A stretch of 64,000 nucleotides of DNA from Candidatus Omnitrophota bacterium (GTDB lineage Bacteria > Omnitrophota > Gorgyraeia > JABMRG01): NCBI GenBank assembly GCA_030593065.1, contig JAUVHV010000002.1, positions 104,098 to 168,097 of the forward strand. Direction: 5' to 3'. Both the position numbers and the translations under genes were made by a program. Below the pieces are notes generated by a model. That model did not search any database and was not told the DNA's origin. It worked only from the letters and a program-made list of their open reading frames with translations. Shown piece by piece: positions 48,576 to 57,412 of the stretch (position 1 is the stretch's first letter; every line of letters begins with the position of its first letter).

Positions 48576-49781
48576 TTACGCAGATTGTGTTTGCAGAGAT
48601 TTATGATAATTGACGAAACGGCCAATATATTCATCAGGCCCGTCAATGAGCATCTTTACATATGTATCTGTATAACCTGTCAGCTTAGCTGTATCCTTAT
48701 CTCTTGTTGTCTCGATCAATATTCTCTGATTCTTGTTATATGATGACAATTTAAACTGTTCCGCAAATTTATCAGTTATTACTTTTAATCGCTTGTACCT
48801 ATCACTTTTCTCCGAAGGTGAGACTGTCTCTTTGACATCAAAGGCCTTTGTGCCTTTACGCGGGCTGTAAGTAAAGATGTGAGTTCTTGAGGGTTTTATA
48901 CTTTTTATTATTTTAAGCGTATTATTAAAATTCTTATCTCTCTCTTGGGGAAAACCTATTATGACATCTGTTGTTATCGCTACTCCAGGTATTTTGGACC
49001 TAATAAATTTTATCCTGTTTACAAATTCCTTGCTTGTATACCTGCGATTCATCTTGCGGAGGATATCATTATCGCCGCTTTGCAAAGGGATATGAAAGTG
49101 ATGGCATATCTTTTCAGGCAGCGCCATCTTATCGATAAGTTCGTCTGTAACATCCGGAAGCTCTATAGAACTTAAGCGTATTCTGAAATCCCCATCTAAA
49201 CCAGCTATCTCTTTGATAAGCCGTGTAAGCGTTATACCTGTACCGAGATCTTTACCAAAATCACCAAGGCATATTCCTGTTAATATCAATTCCCTGTAAT
49301 TTTTACTAATCAGGTTACCTGCTTCTTTCAATATCTCTTCCATGTTCCTGCTTCTCGATCTTCCCCTTACATATGGCACCTTGCAATATGAACAGAAGTT
49401 ATTACAGCCATCCTGGATCTTTACAAATGCCTTTGCATGGCCTTTAAAATATGATATCCCCTTACCGTCATTCAGCTTATCAGAATTATTAAGAACCCTG
49501 ATCTTTGAATCTATAGCCCCAATAGTATCCGCGTCTTTTTCGATATAACATCCTGCCGCTATAATCTCCGCTTCAGGATTTTCCCTGATAAACCGACGTA
49601 AAATTTCACGGCATTCCTTATCTGCCTTGGCAGTTACGGTACAGGTATTTACAATACAGAGATCCGCCTTTTCTTTACCCCCTGCCTCCTTATAACCCGC
49701 CAAAATCAACCTCTCTCTTATAACCTGGGTTTCGTACTGGTTTACCTTACATCCCAATGTCTTTATTTTAAATCTTTTCAT
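48576..49781 (-). CDS. Radical SAM methylthiotransferase, MiaB/RimO/MtaB family
   Basis: About 401 aa from MKRFKIKTLGCKVNQYE (UPF0004 domain); radical SAM CxxxCxxC (CNNFCSYC); TRAM-like C-terminus. Likely start at the internal Met (49781). Confidence 0.85.
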   Translation of the reverse strand: MKRFKIKTLGCKVNQYETQVIRERLILAGYKEAGGKEKADLCIVNTCTVTAKADKECREILRRFIRENPEAEIIAAGCYIEKDADTIGAIDSKIRVLNNSDKLNDGKGISYFKGHAKAFVKIQDGCNNFCSYCKVPYVRGRSRSRNMEEILKEAGNLISKNYRELILTGICLGDFGKDLGTGITLTRLIKEIAGLDGDFRIRLSSIELPDVTDELIDKMALPEKICHHFHIPLQSGDNDILRKMNRRYTSKEFVNRIKFIRSKIPGVAITTDVIIGFPQERDKNFNNTLKIIKSIKPSRTHIFTYSPRKGTKAFDVKETVSPSEKSDRYKRLKVITDKFAEQFKLSSYNKNQRILIETTRDKDTAKLTGYTDTYVKMLIDGPDEYIGRFVNYHKSLQTQSA

Positions 49782-49814
49782 TGTTAATCCATTTTCCGCC
49801 AATATATAAGAGAA

Positions 49815-49891
49815 TGGCGCGCCTGACAGGATTCGGACCTGTGACACCCAGTTCCGGAAACTGGTGCTCTATCCAGCTGAGCTACAGGCGC
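49815..49891 (-). tRNA. tRNA-Arg (anticodon CCG)
   Basis: Minus-strand cloverleaf folded by hand: acceptor GCGCCUG/CAGGCGC, D-arm UAGCUCAGCUGGAUAGAGC, anticodon arm CCAGU-UUCCGGA-ACUGG, T-arm ACAGG-UCCGAAU-CCUGU, 3' CCA encoded. Position 55 reads C rather than the usual U. Confidence 0.8.
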
Positions 49892-49964
49892 GCGATTTTT
49901 AAATAGCAATTAGCAATAAGAGACACTGTCCTGCTCAAATTAGTGACAGTGTGGTGCTCAACTT

Positions 49965-50699
49965 TCAAAACGTCTGTATACGGAGTATACGGAACGCGGA
50001 GATTGCGAAGATAACGGCTGTATCAACCTTCAGGACCAACTCTCCTAAAGAGGCTGTTTTAAAATTATAACGCTTCGCGAGGCCTACCTCTTTTTTACTG
50101 AAATCACCTTCAGGGCCGATAAATATTGCTACGCTATTTAAACTTTGAAGCAAAATATCCTTAATATATACCGCTCCTTCGCAGACATAAGGCATTATCC
50201 TGTCTTTGTAATTCAGTTTCTCAACCAATTTAAGCGCGTCTTTAAAATTGGTTATGCCATATATCTTCGGCAGAGTATCTCTGCCGCACTGCTTGGATGC
50301 CTCAAGCGTGATTCTTTCCCATCTTTTTTGCTTGTTCGCGTAGGATGCTTTATCAATCTTCATAATGGTATGCTCTGTAACCATAGGTATTATATCTGTG
50401 ACTCCAAGCTCCGTTGCTTTCTCTATAATATAATCCATCTTACTCTTTTTTGGCAAAGCACAAGCCAGGAGAACCTTTGGCATGTTAATCTGCTGTAATG
50501 ATACTTTTTCTATCTCTGCTCTTATGCCGGCCCCTGTCTCTGTTATTCGCAGGGTATAGTTTTTTCCTTCTCCATCAAAACCAATAAATCTGTCTCCTGG
50601 TTTTAATCTTATTACATCTTTTATATGATGCGCCTCTTTACCGCTTATAATTATCTTGCCTGTTTTTACAGCGTTCTTATTGATATAAAATCTTCTCAT
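49965..50699 (-). CDS. rsmE: 16S rRNA (uracil1498-N3)-methyltransferase
   Basis: RsmE family (PUA-like N-terminus and SPOUT C-terminus). Start taken at the internal MRRFYI (50699), giving ATGA coupling with the upstream gene. Confidence 0.8.
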   Translation of the reverse strand: MRRFYINKNAVKTGKIIISGKEAHHIKDVIRLKPGDRFIGFDGEGKNYTLRITETGAGIRAEIEKVSLQQINMPKVLLACALPKKSKMDYIIEKATELGVTDIIPMVTEHTIMKIDKASYANKQKRWERITLEASKQCGRDTLPKIYGITNFKDALKLVEKLNYKDRIMPYVCEGAVYIKDILLQSLNSVAIFIGPEGDFSKKEVGLAKRYNFKTASLGELVLKVDTAVIFAISAFRILRIQTF

Positions 50700-51373
50700 G
50701 CCATACCTGTAAATTTTATTAACGCGTTGACTACCACATGTGCTCCCAAAAAAAACAATACCAGGCCGCATATCTTCTGGAATACAATCAAAGCCCCATG
50801 ATACTGCAGTAATTTAAGCTTAGGGATAGCGCCTGCTGCCATAGCCAGTAGAGCAAGGGGTGAAATAGCTGCGCCAAGCCCAAAAGCCGCACTCATTAAA
50901 ATACCGTGAGTATAATGCGTAGAGGTCATTGTTATATAGGAAATAACCCCTATCAATGGAACACACGGCAATACCCCTGTCAGTATGCCGAGTGTTATAA
51001 GGCTTTTCGTATCATGCTGTATTAAAGATCGATTCAGAAAGCCGCATACCCTAAACTTTGTGTGTATACCAAAAAAGATCAATATGCCTAAAGAAGATAT
51101 AAAGATCCCCGTTACAAACCAGATAATAGAACCCGGAATTCCGTAGTAGAACCTGCTGAATAATCCCGCGCCGGCAATGCCGGCTATAAATCCTAAAAAA
51201 ACAGTGACCGAAAACCTGCTCAATGAGAATATAAACCAGCTCTGCAGCCCCTGCAGGGCTGATCTCTTGGTACCGGCAATATAGCTTATAAGTACGGGCC
51301 CGCAACTTATTAAGCATGGGCCGGCACCCATCAGCAGGCCTGTTATAAATAGACTAAGACAAATTCTTAACAT
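50696..51373 (-). CDS. Polytopic membrane protein with a paired-Cys motif (DsbD_2 / CcdA-like transmembrane-region family)
   Basis: 225 aa, about 6 TM segments; GAGPCLISCGP motif in TM1. Confidence 0.45.
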   Translation of the reverse strand: MLRICLSLFITGLLMGAGPCLISCGPVLISYIAGTKRSALQGLQSWFIFSLSRFSVTVFLGFIAGIAGAGLFSRFYYGIPGSIIWFVTGIFISSLGILIFFGIHTKFRVCGFLNRSLIQHDTKSLITLGILTGVLPCVPLIGVISYITMTSTHYTHGILMSAAFGLGAAISPLALLAMAAGAIPKLKLLQYHGALIVFQKICGLVLFFLGAHVVVNALIKFTGMA

Positions 51374-51393
51374 TTATATATATTACTATGTAA

Positions 51394-51422
51394 TTGACCT
51401 TTTGTCAAAAAAATAGTAGAAT
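51394..51422 (+). promoter_or_regulatory. Candidate sigma70-type promoter for the plus-strand gene: TTGACC - 17 bp - TAGAAT; inverted repeat TTGAC/GTCAA overlaps the -35
   Basis: Read directly: -35 at 51394-51399 and -10 at 51417-51422; GGAAAGG RBS before the ATG at 51453. Confidence 0.35.
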
Positions 51423-51452
51423 TACATTTGTGGAAAGGTATTATTCGAAAAT

Positions 51453-53693
51453 ATGAAAAAATTGCCCTATATGGCTGCTTTCCTGGTGGGCGTAAATGCC
51501 CTATTAAGCCAGGTAATGATTATAAGAGAGCTTCTGGTAAATTTTTCCGGCAATGAACTCTCTATGGGAATTATTATTGCCACATGGCTTGTTGGCGCGG
51601 CAATAGGCAGCCTTGTCTTAGGGCGCTATTTTATTGAAAAGATAAAAACACCCACATATACCTTTTCCATACTACTTTTAGTAATATCAGCGCTAATTCC
51701 AATCAGCATCTTCCTGTCCAAAACCGTAAGATACATGTTCCAAATACCCATATATGAGACTCTGGGGCCATTACATATGCTTTCGATATGCGCGATACTG
51801 CTCTTGCCTCTATCCGGGCTGCTTAGTTTCTGCTTTATATTATCCTGCAAAATGCTAAAAATCGCTGTCTCAAAAAATAATACCCCTGGTACCACTTATA
51901 TGCTGGAAGCGCTTGGAGCAACCGCGGCCGGCGCGGTCTTCACATTCCTGCTTATAATATACTTTAATCATTTCCAGATAGCCTTAGGCCTAATATTTAT
52001 AAATATTCTATTTGCCTCATACATTGCTTGCAGAAAAAAGTTTTTCCTCTATCTCCTGCTGTCAATTTTTATTGCTGTTTTTTCGGCAAACAGCATAAAA
52101 TGGCTGCAAAAAATATCAGAAACACTGCAATGGCACCCCTATGAAGTGGTATATTACGCAAGTTCTCCATATGGCAATATAAGCGTCACAAAATCAGCCG
52201 ATACATTCAATGTTTACGAAAACGGCGCCTTGCTATTTACCACTCAGGATGAGGTCTTTAATGAAAACTTTTCGCATCTAGTAATGTTACAGCACTCTGC
52301 TCCAAAGAATGTGCTTCTTTTAGGCAACGGCATAGGTGGAATATTAAGGCAGATACTTAAACATAACCCCCAATCTTTAACATATCTCCAACTCGATTCG
52401 GAAATTTTAAGAGCAAGTAAAAAGTTCCTGCCGCAGAAAGAGAAAAATATTCTTTCAGACCCGCGCCTTAAAATAATACATGAAGATGCGGGTTTTTTTA
52501 TAAAAAGGACAAAAGAGAGGTTTGACCTGATAATAATAAATATGCCGGATCCCGTTACGCTTAGCATTAACCGTTTTTACACAAAGGAGTTCTATGAAAT
52601 AGCCCGTTCCCATCTTAAAAAAGGCGGTATACTGGCTACGCGCATCTCATCCAAAGAGTCTATAATAAGCAATGAGCTGGCCAGGTATAACGCATCTGCT
52701 TACAATACCCTTAAGAACGTATTTCACTATGTAGAGTGCATACCCGGTGAAAACCTTATCTTCATAGCTTCCGATGACTTAAATATTACAACAGATAGGC
52801 CTGAAATCTTAGTAGAAAGATTCAGCAAAAGAGCTATCAAGACAGATTTCCTTACAGAATACCATATAAGAGACAGATACTATCCGGACATGCTAAACTA
52901 TCTCGCAGGCCAGCTTGAAAAAGGGCGTAGAGATGCCGGTATCAATACAGATTTTCATCCTATCTGCTTCTACTACGGCTTTATCCTCTGGAACATTAAA
53001 TTTCAGCCGCATATAGCGGGGCTGTTTAATTCTATTGTACAGATAAACATCTTAGGCATAATCTGTATAATGATTCTGTTTTTTTTATGGGGGCTTTTTG
53101 CAATCAGATTTAAAAAAGATTCTGCGGTCTATTTTATACGTTCCGCGATAGCTGTAAGCGGAGCAGCTGGTATTACTCTCGAAATTATAATATTACTCTC
53201 TTTTCAAATAAGTTATGGGTACGTATATAGCAAGGTAGGATTTTTAATAGCGCTCTTTATGCTGGGGCTGGCATCGGGAAGCTATATCATAAATCAGAGA
53301 TTATATAAATTCAAAAATCTGCACAATCTGCTCTGCGGGATAATACTGATATTCTGCTTGTATATAACCTTAGCGCCTCTGATTATAAGGTTTGCGGCAT
53401 CGATACCCCTGCAAGCTTCTGAGTATATATTCTATCTTATGATACTTATAACCGGTATGTTTACGGGATGCCAGTTTCCTGTTGCAGTGGCATTACTGCA
53501 AAAAAGATATTCGCCAAGCTATTCTGCGTCGATTATATGGGGATCTGATCTTCTGGGCGCGGCAACAGGTGTACTTATATCAAGCCTTATAATCATTCCT
53601 GTTCTCGGAATGTTTACTGCCTGCTTCATAGCCGCGACATTCTGCGCAATAAGCCTTATCCTGCTTCTTTTTCGCCAAAGACTTCAGCGCTAA
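51453..53693 (+). CDS. Fused polytopic membrane / spermidine synthase-like (class I SAM-dependent aminopropyltransferase fold) protein
   Basis: 746 aa; about 7 N-terminal TM segments, a central spermidine-synthase-like core (LLLGNGIGG...DLIIINMPDP...), and further C-terminal TM segments. Confidence 0.7.
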   Translation: MKKLPYMAAFLVGVNALLSQVMIIRELLVNFSGNELSMGIIIATWLVGAAIGSLVLGRYFIEKIKTPTYTFSILLLVISALIPISIFLSKTVRYMFQIPIYETLGPLHMLSICAILLLPLSGLLSFCFILSCKMLKIAVSKNNTPGTTYMLEALGATAAGAVFTFLLIIYFNHFQIALGLIFINILFASYIACRKKFFLYLLLSIFIAVFSANSIKWLQKISETLQWHPYEVVYYASSPYGNISVTKSADTFNVYENGALLFTTQDEVFNENFSHLVMLQHSAPKNVLLLGNGIGGILRQILKHNPQSLTYLQLDSEILRASKKFLPQKEKNILSDPRLKIIHEDAGFFIKRTKERFDLIIINMPDPVTLSINRFYTKEFYEIARSHLKKGGILATRISSKESIISNELARYNASAYNTLKNVFHYVECIPGENLIFIASDDLNITTDRPEILVERFSKRAIKTDFLTEYHIRDRYYPDMLNYLAGQLEKGRRDAGINTDFHPICFYYGFILWNIKFQPHIAGLFNSIVQINILGIICIMILFFLWGLFAIRFKKDSAVYFIRSAIAVSGAAGITLEIIILLSFQISYGYVYSKVGFLIALFMLGLASGSYIINQRLYKFKNLHNLLCGIILIFCLYITLAPLIIRFAASIPLQASEYIFYLMILITGMFTGCQFPVAVALLQKRYSPSYSASIIWGSDLLGAATGVLISSLIIIPVLGMFTACFIAATFCAISLILLLFRQRLQR

Positions 53694-56205
53694 ATATATA
53701 TATATCACACCCCTTGTTTTTCCAGCTGTCTCGAGATAATCCTGCCTTATGCATACACAGAGAATCCATAAACTCTTCTCTGCTCCAGCCTGTCTCAACA
53801 GCTACCTGCGGAAGATACACACCACTTTTGAACCCGCTTCTTATCAGCACACCGTGTTTACCCATAATAATCTCATCAGGGCTATCTATCTTCTTAAGCG
53901 GTGAAAGAACCGATACCTCTATATCTATATCCTCAAGTTCTTTTGGGCCTACAGGCGAAAATCTCGGATCCTGTGTACCTGCCTGTATAGCCATGTCACT
54001 AACTGTCTGATAGAGCGGCCCCTTACCTATAATATTACCTATACATCCTCGCAAATGCCCATTCTTATGCAACGTGACAAATACCCCCATCTCTTTGTTT
54101 AAAATCGGATTATCCTCATTGATAACCAGCTTCTCGCCATTATCTACATAGGCCTTGAGCGTCTCTCTTGCAATCTGAAGAAGGCGTTTTTTCTCTTCCG
54201 CATTAAGTAGTTCTTCCATATTTTTCTCCACTTTATGTTTTTCTATTACCTGATGATCATCGGCCAATAATTTATAAATTACAGCAGAGGCATATCCCAC
54301 AACAGCGCTGCCATCACCTGTTACATCAGCTGATGTCGTGTATCTGAGTATACTGATCTTATCAGCTCCCAACTTACGCGCTGCCATCATAGCACCGATT
54401 ATAGCTGTGCTCCCGCATGGCTTCTCTTTACCCGGCATTTTGGAAAGCTTTAAAAACAGCTCTTCAGGATTAAATTTCTTGATCTCATCCAGGACAGCGG
54501 AATCTATAATACGTGCTCTCTTATCAGAATTGTAATGAGACATATCACTGCTGGCAATAATAACTATATCTTTTCTCTCTCCTATCACGGCGTAGAGCGC
54601 GTCACGTAAAAGCGTACATGTATCATATGAGCTGTTGCCTGTCAGGATAAGAACTATCCTTGCCTTAGGCAGTGATTCCTGCACAAATGGTATCTGGGTC
54701 TCTGTTGAATTTTCATTTAAAAATGGCTTGTTATAATAATTTACGTTTTTATTAAAAGAGAAGAGTCTCTGGGTTACATCCCTATCTATGGCCACCTTTC
54801 CAAGCGGAGTAAGATAAAAATCCTTATCAAGTACGGCTATCCCTTCGAAAGAATGGCGGTGGCTTGGAGCAACAATAATTGCTGTATTAAATCCTTTATC
54901 TTTAATAGCCTTGAAGCCGTAACCCGCGGCTTCTCCAGAGTACCTAAAACCTGCATGCGGTGATATAATAGCAATTATATCACCAGCTATCAGTTCAGGT
55001 TCTGCATTACCGATAAAATCGCCTACTACTTCCTTAAGTACCGCGGGATCTTTGGGATAAAAAGAGCCTGTAAGCGACGGCTCCTGTATATCTTCCGCAT
55101 CTTTCCATATACCTGCAATCTCTTTTTGGCAATATTTGCATTTTCCGCTTTCTATATTGTTTTCCACAACATTATACCCTAATCGTTTTATCAAAAGTTT
55201 TTTGCAACCAGGGCAATATGTAGATTCACCCTTGCTACCTGGTATATTACCGATATAAACATAATTAAGCCCCGCGGATACAGCTATATTATACGCGGCT
55301 TTCAGGGCAGATACCGGTGTCGGAGAAATATTCTTAAGCTTATACATTGGCCAGAAACGTGAGATATGCAAAGGTGTATCAGGGCCAAGATTTTCCTTTA
55401 TCCATAGGCATGTCTCTTTTATATAATCAGGATTATCATTTATAGTAGGTATTAGAAGATAAGTAATCTCAAGCCACACGCCTTCTTCCTTCAATATCCG
55501 TAAAGTGCGCAGTACATCTTCTCTGTTCCCAAGGCAGAATTCATTATAGAATCTATCTGAACCCTTGAGATCTACATTGGCGGCATCCATATATTCGCAC
55601 AACTGCCTTAAAGGTTCTTCACTTATAAAACCGCATGAATGCATTACATTCATTATGCCTGCCTGATGCGCCAATTTTGCTGTATCTAACATATATTCAT
55701 AAAAGATTGTGGGTTCAGTATAGGTATATGCGATACTTGGGCAGTTATTCGTATTAGCAAGCATCACTACTCTTTCAGGCGGTACATCTTCATAAGGAAC
55801 ATCTTCAGGCCAGGCTTGAGATATCTGCCAATTCTGGCAGAACTTACATTCAAGGTTACACCCTGCGGTTGCTATGGAGAATGATTTCGTACCCGGAAGA
55901 ACATGGAATAATGGCTTCTTTTCAATAGGGTCAACATGAAGAGCGCATGGCTTTGCATATACAAGGCTATATAGCACTCCATCCCTGTTCTCTCTCACCC
56001 GACAGAAACCTCTCTTCTTATTCGGAATAATACATTTGCGAGGGCATAACAGGCAACCCACTCTCTTATCATCCAGTCTCTGGTAATAAAGCGCTTCTTT
56101 CAGTTCCGGTCTTTGGGCTAAAACATTCGAAGCAAGATATGATAATGATTGGCATAACAGGAGTATCGCGACAAGAATTGACACAGATATAAATATCTTT
56201 TTCAT
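53656..56205 (-). CDS. AmmeMemoRadiSam system triple fusion: radical SAM enzyme (AmrS) + Memo-like protein (AmrB) + AMMECR1-domain protein (AmrA), with N-terminal hydrophobic anchor
   Basis: 849 aa uninterrupted ORF. AmrS part: CPRKC...GFC N-terminal Cys cluster plus CNLECKFCQNW (Cx3Cx2C). Middle CPGCKK...CKYC zinc-ribbon-like linker. Memo part: IISPHAGFRYSGEAAGYGF. AMMECR1 part: HLRGCIGNI...DPRF. N-terminus MKKIFISVSILVAILLLC is hydrophobic. Confidence 0.82.
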   Translation of the reverse strand: MKKIFISVSILVAILLLCQSLSYLASNVLAQRPELKEALYYQRLDDKRVGCLLCPRKCIIPNKKRGFCRVRENRDGVLYSLVYAKPCALHVDPIEKKPLFHVLPGTKSFSIATAGCNLECKFCQNWQISQAWPEDVPYEDVPPERVVMLANTNNCPSIAYTYTEPTIFYEYMLDTAKLAHQAGIMNVMHSCGFISEEPLRQLCEYMDAANVDLKGSDRFYNEFCLGNREDVLRTLRILKEEGVWLEITYLLIPTINDNPDYIKETCLWIKENLGPDTPLHISRFWPMYKLKNISPTPVSALKAAYNIAVSAGLNYVYIGNIPGSKGESTYCPGCKKLLIKRLGYNVVENNIESGKCKYCQKEIAGIWKDAEDIQEPSLTGSFYPKDPAVLKEVVGDFIGNAEPELIAGDIIAIISPHAGFRYSGEAAGYGFKAIKDKGFNTAIIVAPSHRHSFEGIAVLDKDFYLTPLGKVAIDRDVTQRLFSFNKNVNYYNKPFLNENSTETQIPFVQESLPKARIVLILTGNSSYDTCTLLRDALYAVIGERKDIVIIASSDMSHYNSDKRARIIDSAVLDEIKKFNPEELFLKLSKMPGKEKPCGSTAIIGAMMAARKLGADKISILRYTTSADVTGDGSAVVGYASAVIYKLLADDHQVIEKHKVEKNMEELLNAEEKKRLLQIARETLKAYVDNGEKLVINEDNPILNKEMGVFVTLHKNGHLRGCIGNIIGKGPLYQTVSDMAIQAGTQDPRFSPVGPKELEDIDIEVSVLSPLKKIDSPDEIIMGKHGVLIRSGFKSGVYLPQVAVETGWSREEFMDSLCMHKAGLSRDSWKNKGCDIYIFSAEVFGEKEAG

Positions 56206-56295
56206 GGTTGTATTTATTATACCACCTTAGACAGGATTTCCAAAAAGAAAAAATCACCACATCACTCTGCGCATCAACTCACAAAAAATATCATC

Positions 56296-56715
56296 TATGA
56301 TCTCTTCTGCCTTCTCTAAGCTGAGAGTTTCGCTGCAACTTCCTCAGGAGCGACCGAGGACGAAATGTCCAAGGGAGTGCCGAGAGCTCCGCGAACGACC
56401 GTGAAATTTTTCCCTGCGAGAAAATTTCACTCCGAGTTGGCGCTCGCTCTCGCGTAGAACTCAATCAGGGCGAACCATGCCCGCTCGCACCACCAAGGTC
56501 CCGCTCCAGTTACTACAAAACTCTCTCTTAGTTAGCAAATCTAAATATGGCTTTCGGGCATTTCGTCATCGGTAGTTTCGCGGAGGATAGCTGGTAAGAA
56601 TATCTCTTATGCCTTTGCCTTTTAGCAGCGCTTTGGATTTTTTTGCTACGAACGTAAATAGACGGCAAAAATACCTGCGCTGCGAAGGCAGAAGGCAGAA
56701 GAGATTGCAGGTGAT
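56296..56715. repeat. Mosaic GC-rich intergenic repeat, copy B
   Basis: 56320-56530 is the reverse complement of copy A (30700-30900) with an extra roughly 57-nt module. 56560-56710 is the reverse complement of 62512-62640 in copy C at roughly 85% identity. Perfect 10-bp hairpin at 56401-56430. Confidence 0.8.
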
Positions 56716-56740
56716 ATTTTTTGGTCAATACGTAATAATC

Positions 56741-57412
56741 TCATGCTAAATACGCGTGTATAGACATAAAACGCTGGATAAAACGTTTCTCTGTGCCGGC
56801 GCCTAATGATGTATTGTAATAACGTTTCCATAATACCGCCAAACCGGATGGATTTGACGGTACAATATTTATACCCTTGCGCTCAAATATCTCTTTATAA
56901 ACAAGCAGTGAAATAAGAGCTGCAAAATCATAATCATCCGCGCAAAGATTTCTAAGTTTCTCCCTGTCCATCACGGCAAGGCTACTCCATGCAAGCCTGC
57001 CTTTGGTAACTTTGGCAAAGAGCGGTATTAACTTCTCGCGTTTTGCTATTTTTTCGCTACCCTTGATAGAATATGTTACATATCTATGCATAACTCCATA
57101 TACAGTTTCACCGATAACCTGGTATGGCCCGCTTCCGTTTCTGGATACCCCTGAATATCTATCTAAAAAATTGCTCTCTACAGCGGCTGTTCCAAGAAGC
57201 AGCATAACCCAGGAAGTTTTTTGAGTTTCACCCATATCAGGAAAGACAAGGTCAATGATTCTCCTGACCCTCTTATTGTGGTCCTGATAATTTCTGAATT
57301 GTTCTCGGTTAAAACCGGTATTGATAGGAATGGCACAATCTCCTACTGAAAAAGAGAAAACAGCGTTTAGAGCAATGGTAATAATAATCCATATAACCGT
57401 CGGCTTTAACAT
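56741..57412 (-). CDS. Exported protein with a lytic transglycosylase (SLT)-like motif pattern
   Basis: 223 aa; signal/TM N-terminus; GTAAVESNF ... GPYQVIGETV ... YYNTSLGAG resembles the ES / G(L/P)MQ / YN.G motifs of SLT domains. Weak. Confidence 0.4.
   Translation of the reverse strand: MLKPTVIWIIITIALNAVFSFSVGDCAIPINTGFNREQFRNYQDHNKRVRRIIDLVFPDMGETQKTSWVMLLLGTAAVESNFLDRYSGVSRNGSGPYQVIGETVYGVMHRYVTYSIKGSEKIAKREKLIPLFAKVTKGRLAWSSLAVMDREKLRNLCADDYDFAALISLLVYKEIFERKGINIVPSNPSGLAVLWKRYYNTSLGAGTEKRFIQRFMSIHAYLA

Noticed and set aside
49892-49922. Promoter for the tRNA gene (TTGCTA ... TATTTAAAAAT)
   Set aside because: The spacing between candidate -35 and -10 hexamers is wrong (about 5 bp or more than 20 bp). 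Cannot be supported from sequence alone.
56528-56831. Short ORFs (66 and 61 aa) and the similar 62520-62723 ORF, apparently conserved at protein level
   Set aside because: They lie inside the intergenic repeat copies. The apparent protein conservation mirrors nucleotide conservation of the repeat, and there is no RBS. Treated as artefacts of the repeat, though this is flagged for a codon-position substitution test.
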